DNA of 62,675 nt, counting the filler, from Hausera hauseri (taxonomy: Eukaryota), in NCBI GenBank assembly GCA_046269625.1. It is 11 parts of 11 records of this genome, joined end to end, with 100 filler letters (N's around TTAATTAATTAA, not from the genome) between each part and the next. Parts side by side here need not be neighbours in the genome. Positions count along the whole stretch, not along the records: positions 10,169 to 14,713 come from JBJURY010533565.1; positions 14,814 to 24,926 come from JBJURY010238850.1; 9 more parts are not named here. One strand, written 5' to 3'. A model generated the notes under the pieces. It did not search any database. It saw nothing but the letters and a program-made list of their open reading frames with translations, and was not told the origin of the DNA. Shown here in pieces: positions 11,422-23,923 of the stretch (within the stretch, counting starts at the first letter, position 1; every line of letters starts with the position of its first letter). The position numbers and the translations under genes are program-made.

Positions 11422-12150
11422 ATGAATAATCCGATTTCCAATCTAAGAAAAAGAAAAAGAAGACAAATATTGTTGTTGATGAACCAGCAGAAGAATTCAG
11501 TCTTCCCGATGAATTTAGTATTCCAATTGATTACGTAAATCGACGAAAGAAGAGGAAGAATGTAAATTTTTTGTTAGAAGATGAAGCCGATTTTGCGGAA
11601 GAGAATGGATTAGAATCAACGTTAAATGCGGATTATGATTATGAATTGGTTGGTCTAATTTGTTAATAAATGTTAATTTTTCTTCAGTTGTTAGAACGAA
11701 TTTATTCGAGAATTCACCAAGCCAATCCTGAAATGGTTGATAGCAACAAACGATTGAAAATGGTGCCGCCAATTCTCGGTCGTAGTGGAAAGAAAAAAAC
11801 GCCTTTACGAATTTCAGTGTTATTTGCAAAATGGCTAGTATAGACACCAATCGTATTACGCAATTTTGGAAAACGAATTAGGAACAACGAGCAGTGTTGA
11901 CCAGAACGGTGGTCTGTTGATCAGAGGTCGTTTTCAGAATGCTCAGGTGGAAAAGGTATTGAAATCATACTGCCGTATGTATGTTCTGTGCAAAAATTGC
12001 CAGTCTCCAAATACTTGCTTTTCGAAGGAAAATCGTTTATTGTTTGTGAAGTGCAATTCGTGCACAGCAAAATGCACGGTAAATCAATTAACGGCAGGTT
12101 TCTAAGCAGCTACTACTAAGCGAGCAACTATTCGTGCTAAGGTCCAGTAA
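11422..12150 (+). pseudogene. EIF2S2: Translation initiation factor eIF2-beta, decayed, with a 39-nt intron (11649-11687)
   Basis: Lys boxes (SKKKKKK, RRKKRK), DYDYELLLERI, MVPP...SGKKK, ELGTTSSVD...LLIRGRF, C4 zinc finger CKNC...CNSC, C-terminus GF*AATTKRA. GT...TTCAG intron contains an in-frame stop. Confidence 0.88.
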
Positions 12151-12799
12151 AAAATTAACTGAATTTTTGTTTTACCATAATATATGCGTGGTAGTTTCAA
12201 AATAAAAACTTTGAAATTTCGTTTCCATTTTGAAATTTTTTATGAAATATTCAAGTTTCTTTTACGTATAACTATTATTACGATATTTTGGAATTTTTTG
12301 CACAGCTACTTTTTGCCAGTACGTAAAACGATTTTAGAAAGAAAGTTTAATCCAGGAAACTATCAAAGGTAATTTTAAAAGTTTTAAAGGGAAAGAAGCA
12401 AAAATATGTTCAATGACAATTTGGCAGAATTTTATCATAATTTTTCGCTGCAGTCGTCTCCGTGGGATTTATTAATTACGGATATGTTAACAATACATCT
12501 CCTCCAGACAAATTGGACATGTTCTTGCTATTTAGAAATAATGATAGATTAATACAAGTAAATCACACTGCACTGATTTTTTTTATTTGAGCTTCAAATG
12601 TATTGATTTATTTACTTGGCCTTATCCTATATCCCACATTATTTGATCGAGAAAACAACATGATATTTTTTATAAGATTTTGTTAATACAAAAAATACAA
12701 CACGTCATAAAAAAGTTGTTTAAATTAATGCAACATGCTTGTGAGGTAATGTGCTTATTCCATAACCCAGGATCTGCCTCTTATCATCCATCCAATCAA

Positions 12800-14713
12800 G
12801 GCTCTTCTTCTGTAATGTTACTCTCTCAATTTTATGAGACCGAGACTGGATCCGTCGCATTTCGGATATGATGTGAGTCTGCTCCTGCAGAACTCTCACA
12901 TAATCATCGAAGCTGATCTTCTTGTCTAAGGTCGCCCTTTGAACCCCTTTAGTCCGCTTCTATATTCGGCCACATACATCAATGTCATACATTTTGGACC
13001 TAAGAGCCACAAATCTCGAGATGATTGCCCCATTCACCTCGTCTTTGAATTTCCCAAGGGCTTTCTTGTTGGTAATTGAATAGTTGGAATGCTCTTTCGG
13101 ATAGTCAGACGTATCCATATGCTGAGACAACTTAGCAAAGTTCTTATAAATGTCCTCAGTATGGATCTAATAGATGAAACTAAGTATCCATATACATCAG
13201 CTGCATGGACTTGAATGTTTGGCCATGATGTCATAGTGGAATTTGTACATCAGGGTCTTTGACAGGTCCAATATTGTCATATCCACACATATGGGCTTGT
13301 AGAATTGCAAAGATGTTTTCAGCATATGGATGCTGATCGAATTCTCAGCATATATGATGCTGCTGTGGAAGTTAGGCTTGGCAATTAGTTTCTTTGCCCG
13401 CTTCCACTCAGACCAGTTCCATGTTGATCCTGTTGCGGATATTCTCCATCGTCTTGCCAAAAACTCTGTTGTTGTACAGCGCGAACTGTTCCTTCTCAAA
13501 GTCGTTCTTGGCATTAGTCCGCAGCTTTGTATTGAGATCTATATATGGCTGCAGCCAGTTAGACTGGCTGAACCACAGGGCCGGATGGATCTTCGTAATG
13601 CGGGTTCCATTCCTGGCCGCCCGCTGGAGATTTATGTAGTGGACTACATACTTCCCCCTACTATCCAGATGGCAGAGCAGCTTTCTATGCTTTCCATGGG
13701 TGGAGGCTTGCTCTCAGGGAGGAAATTTAGCCGTTGATACTTTGTGTGGATAGAAGCCGGATATTCCATATCTACCTCCAGTATGTATCCCGTATCTCCA
13801 GTGAGATTCAGGTCCAGTATAGGGATGTTTTCAGGATTCTCGACTCACTTGAAGTTGTCGTATGGCAATAGGGCGCTCATTGCCCATCCATATAGGTTTT
13901 TGGCATCTAGGTATGATGTATGAGGATTCCTTGGATTTGTCGTATTGGTCCATATACTTGTTATTGGCCTTGCTATACCGGTGGATGGCCTGGCATATTA
14001 CGCCTCTAATGCCTCTCAGTCATGAGGATCTTGTAATCCTTTATGATCTGCAGCCGGACACCTGTATATCTCAGCATTGCTGCCCAACTCATCCTTTGGA
14101 GTCGTAAAGAAATGAGCCGGATCCAATGCATAGCTCTTTATCGTAACATCCCTGAAACTTTCAAAGACATCCGTCAGAAGCAGCACGTCCGTTTTGAAGT
14201 ACATGTGGCTGTATTCTCCTAATGTTCGGCATTGGAATGCTTGCCCGACGTTCTGAACATGCTGGTAATCCATATCACTAATATCGCTATCAGCGAAGAT
14301 ATTGTAAAAATCCTTCTTGGCCGGCAGTGAGGTCTCCTATGATGTTATATAGTCATAGGGAAACACGCCTTTCTTCTTGACGAGGTCAAATGTAGGGAAG
14401 AACCGCTTCGTCTCCTTGAGTTATTCTGCAGGGAGGTTCTTCACTAAACTGTCAAGTAAAGACGGCATGAAACGGAAATTGTTTATTAAGCGAAGCCTGA
14501 TTTTCCCAAAATGTTTGGTAAATGTGATGTATTTTTCTTCACTATTATGGATCACATGAATGTTTCCTTCAATGTTGCCCAGTTCCCGAACAGTGAAATG
14601 GGAGTCACAACCACTGCGATTAAGGAAGACTATAGGCATATGTGCATGTTTTGCAACGTAGATTGCAGTTGTTGCATGGCGCACCTCAATATGTGCCTGT
14701 AAAATGGGAATGA
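12800..14713 (-). pseudogene. Polinton protein-primed family B DNA polymerase (with endonuclease VII-like motif), decayed
   Basis: GA.C..CNL, VFPYDY, YFKTDVLLLTDVFESFR...LDPAHFFTTP, YLDA, KPI.V..ILDLSKTLMY.FHY, YMDT, GKFKDE. Many frameshifts; lower-coordinate boundary approximate. Confidence 0.9.
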
Positions 14714-14813
14714 NNNNNNNNNNNNNNNNNNNNNNNNNNNNNNNNNNNNNNNNNNNNTTAATTAATTAANNNNNNNNNNNNNNNNNNNNNNNNNNNNNNN
14801 NNNNNNNNNNNNN

Positions 14814-16679
14814 TGAAAATTGGGTCAAAGGATATTGTCGATATCCCAGTTCTGGAAAAGAAATCAGCAACTGTGTTATCTTTTCCAGTTGTGTTCTATC
14901 TGGAATGAGAATTCGGACAGAAATGAAATGTGTCTCTCTTGACGAGGCGATGAGTTTTTCATACTCATCATTTGAATGAGTGATTTGTGGTCCGTGCAGA
15001 TTGTGAACACATTTCCTTCGAGGAAATGTCTGAAGTGTTTGACGTTGAGGATTATGGCTAATAATTCTCTGTCAAAGGTTGAATAGCGTTGCTCAGCCGA
15101 ATTGAATTTGTGGGAAAAGAATTCAATGGCAGCATTTTTGCTATCGATTGATTGGGCAAGCATGGCGTTTGCAGCGATTGTGGATGCATCTGTTGTTAAT
15201 ATAAACGGTACATCTCGTTTAGGATAGTGTAATGTAGGTAGGTGAAGGAGCTTCATTTTTGCATTGGCAAATGCTGTTCAGCCTCATCTGTGCAGTTTAC
15301 TTGGGATTTCTTGGGTCCTTGGCTTAGAGCAGATAGAGGTGAGAGGATTTCAGACAATGTGGAATGTAGCGATGGCAGAAATTGATCGTGCCAAGGAAGC
15401 TGCGAAGTCCAGTAACTGTGGATGGCTTCGGTATTTGTTTGATGGTTTTTAGTCGCTGAGGAAGTGGACTGTGACCATGTGGTGTTAATCGGAGTCCGCG
15501 AAATATGGCACCAGTTTTAAAAAATGAACATTTGTTTATGTTCAACTGTAGGTTGTTTGCATTCAACCTATTAAAAACATGTTCGAGATGTGTTTTGTGA
15601 GTCGCTTCATCGGGTGGTGCAATCAATATGTCATCTACACATGGGATTGCATGAGGCATGTCGATGAGGACTTGGTGTATGTGGCGTTGGAATGTTTGAC
15701 TTGCATTCCGTAAGCCAAAAAGCATGCGTAGGTACTCGAACAAACAAAAAGGCGTTATTACGGCCGTTTTTGGAATGTCTTCGGTAGCCTCTGAGATCTG
15801 GTGGTATGCCATTTCCAGATCGATTGTGCTGAATATTGCGGCACCATGTAGGCGAGGGAATATATCTGTTATCAAAAGTGTTGGGTATGAATCATGGATG
15901 GTGACGTCATTTAACATTCTATAGTCACCACAAGGCCGGCATGATCCGAACTTTTTTGGTACCATGTGCAATGGTGATGCCCACGGTGATGTAGAGCGGC
16001 GTATGATGCGTGTTTCTTCAAGGTGTCGGAATTCGGCTTCCGCGGCTGCTCTTTTGACAGGGTCAAGCTCCCTCCGGAGTTGCCAAATCGGTCGGTCACA
16101 TGATGTGACGAGAAAGTGTGATGTTTTCACCTCTTTCTGTATTGGTTGTGCTGAGAGTTTTAAGAGATTAGGGTATTGCGCTTGTAGCAATGGTGCGATG
16201 TCAATGGGATTTGCGATTTTGATGCCCGTGACAGCGTTTATAGTTAGCGTGAATGCGGGTGGAGGTAATGGATTGCTCCCGCTTGTGAGTTGTTGATTTC
16301 GGCAATCAACTGTGAGATCGTAGTGATCTAGGAAGTCGGAACCAAGGATTGGTTGCATGACATCGGCCAATATGAATAACTAAGCGTATGGTCGGCCTTG
16401 TATGTGAAATTGTAGGTACAGTGTACCTGTAGTTGCTGTGCACGTGCCATTGGCAGCTTTGAGTGATGCATGCTATACCATCGTAGGTTTAGCGTATGCG
16501 CTAGGTATCAGCGATAAAGCTGCACCAGTGTCGATTAGAAAATCGAGTTGCTCCGAGATGTTAGTGTAGTGGCTCCGCCTCGAGGGTGATAATAGCGTCG
16601 AGAATGCGTCCGCTATTTGTATACGGCAGTTGTGGTAATTAAGTTTCCAGTCGACGTGCCGTTGGTCGTCTGACCCCAT
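14814..16679 (-). pseudogene. Gypsy element 1 pol: protease, RT, RNase H (integrase lost at contig edge)
   Basis: FLIDTGAALS, ILGSDFL, SPWASPLHMVPKK...RPCGDYR.LN, FGLRNASQTFQR, CVDDILI (YxDD degenerate), LTTDAS, YSTFDRELLAI and TDHK. Confidence 0.95.
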
Positions 16680-17593
16680 TTAGTTTTTGACGGCTTGTGA
16701 AATTTGCAACCGGGTCGACAGATGTTTGCGTCTGGACCGAAATGGTTGTGATTAATGCAAGTGTCTTGCATTTTTATGTTTGCAGATGGCTTGTCGAATT
16801 GACAACCATGGTAACATTTATAGGCGGATTCATCAAATAGTGTGTGGAAATGGCAAATTTTAGAAAATTTGCCTTTCTTTCGATTGGGGGATTGGCGCCG
16901 AGATGACGGTTTGTCCCTGGCTAGCAGATTCTTGTGCGTTACAAATGCCTGCAGTGCGGCAATAATGGTGTACAAATGATTTTGCTGGGTCGCCGTGACG
17001 GAGTGGATGTTTTTCGTTGGTGCGGATTCTACGGTTCCTTTAGTGCACTCATGTGTTTTGTCGGCTTTTGATACCATATCGTCCAAAGTGGTATCGAGCG
17101 GTAATGGCACAAGTGCGGCTTGGATTTGGTTGGGCAAACTACTCAGGAAGTAGCGGCGTAGTATGTGCTGGTTGCTGTGGAGGTCCAGCTCAGCATTGCT
17201 CAAGTCTGAGCGTAACTTTTTAAGCAGGGCAGAAGGTTTCATATTCCCTGTCTGTTGCTTGGTGAAGACCAGGTTGAACTGGTTCTGTTGAGATGGCAGG
17301 TATGCTTTGCATATGTCTGCTTTGATTTTGTCAAACAGTTTTTCATCTGACAGTAGCGTGTCCAGATCCGTTATGGCTGCGATCGTTGCTGGCTGCAGGT
17401 ATTGAATTAGTGTTAAGACCTTGTTTAGTTGGCCGGTGATTCTGCATTAAGTAGCCCATGTATCAAACACATGGAACCACCTCAATGGAGTTCCGTCCGC
17501 ACATATGAAGTAGGTTTGGTATGCTAGTTTGGGAGGTTTGCCCGGTGCTTATGATACAGTTTCGGCTTTGTTGTCGGGCGTGGGAGTGTCGAC
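16613..17593 (-). pseudogene. Gypsy element 1 gag
   Basis: P..WF..F, MKPSALL..LR, FLSSLP..IQAAL, KADK and two C..H..FG..A..C..GC motifs typical of this gypsy lineage. In frame with the upstream UBL ORF through two stops. Confidence 0.85.
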
Positions 17594-17815
17594 GCCTCCT
17601 TTTAATCTGGAAGTAGCGAGCAGTGTCGCGCTATTTGTGCGGAAATGATCCGAAATTGGACTATCCCATGGGCGCAAAATTTTCGCGTTGTGTAAAAAAA
17701 TGCGGTCCGGATATGAAATGGCGAGCTGTTGTAGCATTGCCTTAACAGACATGTGTTTCAAGAAACGATACGCTTTCGTGGTGCGTAATCCGCGTATAAA
17801 AAATTGCAACACTTG
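17594..17815 (-). CDS. Ubiquitin/FUBI-like domain ending RLKGG, fused N-terminally to Gag
   Basis: VLQFFIRGLRTT...SVKAMLQQL...FLHNAKIL.....ISDH....ATLLATSRLKGG follows the beta-grasp pattern of ubiquitin/FUBI. GG codons at 17594-17599; same frame as gag (17548-17242 = 102 codons). Confidence 0.7.
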
Positions 17816-18122
17816 CGGTTTTGTTGTGTCATCGGAATTGTGTGCCAATTTGACTGTGTTTGCGCGTGAAACCTGGCTTGGATGTTCAGGCTTCGACTTT
17901 TGTTCAGTGCCACTTGTTGTGATTACCTGAATGATAGCCGCGCTGAAGATATTGTCAACGGGTGTTGTCTGATCACGTTTGGTGAAGTGAGTGAGTGTAG
18001 TCGGATTGGTTTCGACGGCATTATGCTGAATTTTAGCCGGACTGTTATCAACTGATCTGTGACTGTTTGAGCCGGATTGATTTCAACGGCTGAGTTTGTT
18101 TTAAAAAGTGTGAATGCGGTAA

Positions 18123-18134
18123 CCTCTGCCACCA
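18123..18134 (-). promoter_or_regulatory. Primer-binding site (initiator tRNA-Met-like) of gypsy element 1
   Basis: TGGTGGCAGAGG versus TGGTAGCAGAGG for tRNA-iMet. AATAAA about 125 bp upstream in the presumed LTR. Confidence 0.6.
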
Positions 18135-18189
18135 TTTTATAGTTTACATCCTTGTAGTTAGAACTTGTAAGTAAAAAACGGGAAAACGT

Positions 18190-19059
18190 CTAAATGTAGT
18201 CGAATAAAACGATTGAAACAAAAGTAAGGAAGACGAAAAAATAACTAAAGCAATTTTTATTAAATATTCGTGAATCGTCTGCCGAGGCATACGAGTCCTC
18301 GGTTGAGGAGAGTGCCGGATCAATCCTGGAACTTTGGCGTGGACAAGTTGGGGCGTCATCCGAAATGGAGTCCACCGGTGTTGGTTCTTGTCGTATTGGC
18401 TCCAGCCGGCGTCGACGGCGCGGTACTGGAACCTCATCTGGGCTGAAGTTCAGTGTCCTAGCCTGCGGTTTGTCAACTGTTCGACGGTCGGGGATCAACT
18501 GACTCTCCAAGGGAGCCAGTGATTCGTAGAGGCGGTCGGCGGCCACCATTAGCCTCAGGAAGACCGACAGGAAGGCCGACGAGTCGAAAAGACGCCGATC
18601 TCCCTCGTCCTCATAAAACCGATGAACCGTTCCACCGGGTAAGGAATATGGGTCATTCCGTCCCAATCAGGTCAAGTGCCGTAAGAGACGGCTCTGTTTT
18701 AGCAGCTCCCGTACCGTCAGAAAATCCGAATAGGATCGGCACGGGTCTCGCCTGTTGGTGTCGCGACGTCGTCTGCCTCATGGGACGGTATTCTGCCGGG
18801 CTGCGCATTGCCGCTATTCCGGTCGACTTTGTTATAGTAAGGCGACGCGGCGGTCGATGTTCTTGTCCGTTTCGGCGTGTTTTGGTCGGGGTATCTTGGG
18901 AATGCGATAACTCAGAGTCGGTAATATCTTCGTTTCGCCAAGGGTGGTGTTTGGTTGGGTTGTTGCATAGGGTGGAATGGCCTTTGTATCATTCCGGACG
19001 ATTGGCCTGCCGGGTTTTGTTGTTCTGGTTGATGAATTCCTTTTTTGGGTTTTCGACAT
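18190..19059 (-). pseudogene. GC-rich, Arg/Pro-rich accessory ORF of unknown function in the LTR/3' region between the two gypsy elements
   Basis: ORFs 18832-19059 and 18190-18666 share a frame, interrupted by stops. GC content is clearly higher than the flanks. Confidence 0.4.
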
Positions 19060-19399
19060 TTTGCAGTCGTGTTGCTTTTTCTTTTTGAATAATTTTCTGT
19101 TTTTTTAAAACTGTGGATTCAAACAAATGAATTTGATTCCACAGATTTTGTTTGTTAATTAATAGTTTTGTGTTGGAATTTTTATGCTTGACAAATCCCT
19201 GATTTTGTTGATTTTGTTTTTGATATATTTGATTTTGTATTTTTGTTTGCTTGGGATGAATTGTTTTTGATTTTATTTTTGACCAGGTCTGTGATGTTGA
19301 ATTTAAATTTTGGGAAATTTAAATTGCTATTTGAAATTTTATTGATTAATTTTGAATGTGTGTTTTGTTAATTTAATATTTATTTTTGTTTGGAACCTT

Positions 19400-22300
19400 A
19401 CAATGAGGAAGGTGTCGAATGAGAAAGAGAGAAAGAAAACGGTGAAGACAGATAAAGCGGAATAGAGAAAGCATATTGCGAAGGCGAAGAAAAGTAGTTG
19501 GAAGGTGATATGCAAGAGGTTGGAATGATGAAAGGGGTGAATGGAGAGATTGGTGAAGTCGAAATGGTGTTTGGCGAAGATCTTGTAAAAGGAGAAAGCA
19601 AGTTGTCACCAGGAGATCGAGGAGGTGTTAAAAGGCTTGAAGGTGCAAAATTTCATGGGGAAAAGGAGGCTGAACTGTCAGAAGAAATTGAAGTAGAAGT
19701 CTTCGAAGAAAATGTAGGGAAAAGTGGGTTAAAAAATTGAGCAGAGATGGAAGGTGCATTGTTGGATTGCTCCGCATCGTGTAAAGGTGTTTGTGAAAAA
19801 ATTTTTTCGATAGGAGACGTATTGTCAATGAAGAAAGTCGGCTTAGTGTTGTTGATGTTGATTGTTACTTTTTTGTCGTCCTTGAGAATAATGATGTTGT
19901 GAGAGTGTAAACGAATTGCTTTGTAAGGGCCAATATACTGAGGCTGAAAACCACACGGCGACTGATTATTGAGCCAAAGGAACTTGATAGTATATAAATC
20001 GTCGGGTAAGGTTTATTTCCGCGTAATAGTCTACAAAATGAGTCTTTGCTGATCTCCATGAAGTGTCTCTATGCCGCTTGTATGGTTTCATCTGTGGGGG
20101 AGTTGTTCAGCTCAGTCAGCTCGAATAATGGGCTGATAGAGGTGCCAAATAATGGTTCTGCAGGTAAACAGCCTGTAGAAGTAGACTGTGTTCTGCCAGC
20201 CAAGAAGAACGTACGGAAGCAGCGTAGTCCGACTGCGATTGGAGTCAACATGGATTTTGAGGGACGTTTTCATCGTTCGGTGAAAGCGTTCGAGAATGCC
20301 ATTCGATTGAGGATGATATAGTGATGTGTGAAAGTGCTTGATTCCCAATCGATTGACAGGAGCTTTAAACAGGTTGGATTCAAATTATTGGCCTCGATCC
20401 GAAATGATGTGGCGACGTGATCCAAACCTGCTGATCCAAGTGCAGATGAAAACGCCTGCGATTGTTTCGGTGTTGGTGCTCCGAAGCGGGACAGCCTCTG
20501 GCCATCGCGAGGAACGGTCCATAATTGTGAGTATGTACCGATGGCCGTTGTCTTAGGGTAGTGGGCCTACAAGGTCAATGTAAACAGATTCGAAACGAGA
20601 AATGCAAGTAAAATGATATAGTGGTGGCTTTAAGTGCTTAGTAACTTCGTATTTTTGGCATAACACACACTGCCTAACCCATGCCTGTACGTCAGAGTGC
20701 ATCGACGGCCATACTACTTGGCGTTGTAAGAGTCGAAAAGTCGCCTTGGTACCACGATGGTGCAACGAATGGATGTTGGTGAATGCTTCTTTTTGAAGCG
20801 CTTTAGAAAGGATGACTTTAGGATTATTAGGTTGTAAATGTCAATGGCCACACCGTCGATGGTCATGCACGATTTTAAAGATTTAAGGATATCAGGAGGT
20901 GGCTGGTTTTGTTGAAGTTTGGATTGAGAGAAGATTAGTGTAAAATCAATCGAGCTGACCGATCGGGACAGAAAGTCAGCTACTAAATTGTCAACTCCGT
21001 TTAGGTGCTTAATTTGAAAATTAAATGTGGAGAAATGTAATATTTTCCTTGTCTAACGTGAACAAGGTGATTTCATGGTGAGAATTTGAAGCAAGGTATT
21101 GTGGTTTATTTGTATTGTAAAGGTTTGTGTGGTTAGCAGTTGCCTAATGTGTTTTACGGCAAGGACCATTGCAAGAAACTCTGTCAAAGGTGGAATATCC
21201 TTGCTCTTATACCGTAAATTTTCAAGAAAAGAATTCTAATGGCTTATGGGACCCATTTTTGACTTGATGGAGGACAGCAGATACAACTGTTGTGGATGCA
21301 TCTGTGGTTAAGAAGAGTTCTGCATGGCAGTGGGGAGAGGCCAGGATTTCCATGGTTTTTAGATGTAGCTTTATGTTTTTGAGCCGTGTGATGCGCTCTG
21401 GCTGAGGTGAATGTCCGGAGCAGCTAATAACATGTCCTAGGAAGTTGACTTTATGTTAAAAAAGAGCATTTGGAGAAACTAATTTGCAAATTGTTTCAGT
21501 GCAAGCGCTGGGTGATTAAACGTAAGTGCTCAAAGTGTTGTTTCGAGGAAGATGATGCAATTAGGATGCCATCGATATAAGTATAAGCAAAGTTTAAACC
21601 TGAGAGAACTGGATCAATATGCCTTTGGAAGGTCTGGGAAGCGCTAAGAAGTCCAAAAGGCATGAAAAGGTATTGAAAAAGGCCGAAAGGTGTAATGACA
21701 GACGTTTTCGGAATTTCTGCTTGGGCCACCAGAATTTGGTGGTATGCTTTGTGCAAATCAATGCAGGGAAAAATGGTCGAACCATGTAGTCTGTGAAGGT
21801 TATCATTGATTAATGGTAGAAAGTATGCAACCATTGTTGTTATGATGTTTAGTTGGCGGTAATCACCGCATGAGCGAAGGGTACCATCTTTTTTTGGAAC
21901 CACATGTAGTGGTGAAGACCAAGGGGAATATGATCTTCCGATTATTCCTGATTTCTCAATTTTGAGAAACTCAGCCTCCAATGCCTGTCTGCTTAGAGGC
22001 GATAGCGGGCGGACCATTTGACGTATTGGTCTTTGATTTGCTCTTGCTATGTGATGGAAGGTGGATTTAGGTAGTACGAATGATTTGTCCTTTTGCAACA
22101 GACGTGTGCAGGAAGACAAAATATATTGCTGTAAGTCAGAGGGCAACGATGAAAATTTTTCAGATGGTGTCGATGTATCGTGACTGGATGAGTTGTAGAC
22201 GAGGTACTGTGACGAGGTGGTATTGGGTGTAGGATATTCGTGTTGAAGATGGCGTTGGCAGCTGTACTATCAGTAATAGGTGCCATGCAGTTGGTAATAT

Positions 22301-22827
22301 CGTATTTGTTGCCATAATAAAAATTTCTATATAATGAACGATAATAAAAATAATTCAAATCGGAAGTCATTTTCTTTAGTATTGACTTTCTGAAAGCGAT
22401 CACCCGGGTGGTCACCTAAATGCTGCTAATTTGATTAAAATTATTTCCACTCTTTAAGGAACATCGTTTGCAGTCAACAAGTCAATTGTAGTGGGACAGA
22501 AAGTCTGAACCCAATATAGGTGTGCGTACATTGGCTACTGTAAATTTCCAAGTGAATGTATTTGGAAATTTGGAAGGGTAAAAGTTAATTTTGTAAAACC
22601 AAAAGTTTGTAAGGGTTCACCGGACGCAGTGAACAGTTGCTTTTTGAAGTGAAATTGTTTTGTATGTGCTGTGTTGGTGGTAGTAAAGAGATTGCTGCGC
22701 CGGTGTTTATGAGAAAATTAATGTTTTGCTTTGTTGGAGTGACAACTGCTGCTTCCAACGTGAATACAGCAAAAGAAATGTGTTGGCTATCGTTTTGTAG
22801 GTTGTTGCCTTTGGTAGAACTTGCCAT
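19400..22827 (-). pseudogene. Gypsy element 2 pol: protease, RT, RNase H, integrase, Ser/Pro-rich tail; heavily frameshifted
   Basis: FLINTGAAISLL, SPWSSPLHVVPKKDG.LR.CGDYRQLN, MPFGL..ASQTFQR, LTTDAS, H.GTKATFRLLQRQVVWP...C..CQK, YIDLVGPLP and YHPQSNGILERFHR. Confidence 0.93.
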
Positions 22828-23923
22828 GTGCCATAGCTGCGAAATCTATTTTTTGTAGATGGTAAGTTTGGCCTACTATTTTGTGCGAGTTCAATAGTGT
22901 TGATTTTATTGTGCGTGTTGTAATTACAGCCAGGTAGGCATTTTTATGCTTTTGTTCCAAATTTTGCATGACAGATGCAAACGGTGTTGCTTGTATTAAA
23001 ATCGGTGGAGTAAAATTTACAACCGATGCAGCATTTCTGAGCAATGTTACCAAATTTGTTGTGATAGTAACTAATAGACGATCGCGCGGGCGAAGGTGAC
23101 CGTCTTTATCGTCGATGAAATACATTAGAGGAAGCAGCCCTAGAAAAACCTCGCCGAAGCTGCGTTAACTCATTTAATTTCTCGTTTATATTATTAATTG
23201 TTTTTTGCAAAATTTTGTTATCTGAGCGTAATTGCGCAATTTGTTGCTGCAGCAATGCATTTTGTTGTTGGTGGTTTATTGTTAATGCCGCAGAGACAGT
23301 TGGTGCTGTGTGTGAGTGCAACACTTCATAGTCTTTGTCCGCCAGTTCGGCTAACTTTTCAATACCGTGAGTTCTTCAACCACAGTGAGCAAAGCTTTTA
23401 TTTGAAGGGGCAATGCGTTTAAAAAGTAACGACGAAGAAGTTCCGGATTATGCTCAAATGTTACGCCAGGGATATTGAGGTGAGACAAAGATGTGCGCAA
23501 GAATTCAGAAGGCTTCTGTAGGCCCATGGCGTTGTCATTGAAAAATCTTTGAAGGATAGAGTCGATTGACGGCTCAGTGAGCTTAAGAAGGGCATTATAA
23601 AGTTGAGCATATGGATCGGTGTGGTGAAGGATGTCGATGATGTTTGTAATTTTGGTTTTGATATAATCAGGTAAATGAAAAAACAGGTTGTTGGTTTTGG
23701 ATAATGGGTCGACAACGTTTTGTGATTGGTGACAGAATTGATACAGTTTTAGCCATGTTTATGTAGAATTTTGGCTGTCGAGGAAGTATTCGGTGCAGGG
23801 TAAATGAGTGAGGAGTGTGTGCTGTGTCGGAGTGTTTGAATCACTTTGTTTAGGTAGGTAAGTGATGGAGATAGGTGGTTTGGTGAATTTTTCCGTGGAA
23901 TCAATAGTGTGTAATGAATCCAT
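22787..23923 (-). pseudogene. Gypsy element 2 gag
   Basis: DPYAQLY..LL, MGLQKPSEFL, YFLNALP and C.YH.KFG.AA..C-type motifs across frameshifts. Confidence 0.75.

Noticed and set aside
10708-12150. Alternative genetic code or readthrough (TGA=Trp, TAA=Gln) in SET and eIF2-beta
   Set aside because: The stops are single transitions accompanied by frameshifts, and ARAP reads normally with TGG for Trp; ordinary decay explains them.
13330-13737. Plus-strand ORFs opposite pPolB, and similar antisense ORFs over pol, ARAP and env
   Set aside because: Shadow frames of recognisable genes on the other strand.
17594-17599. Idea that the Polinton adenain protease processes the gypsy UBL-GG site
   Set aside because: No protease gene in the window and no linkage between the elements; host DUBs are the simpler explanation.
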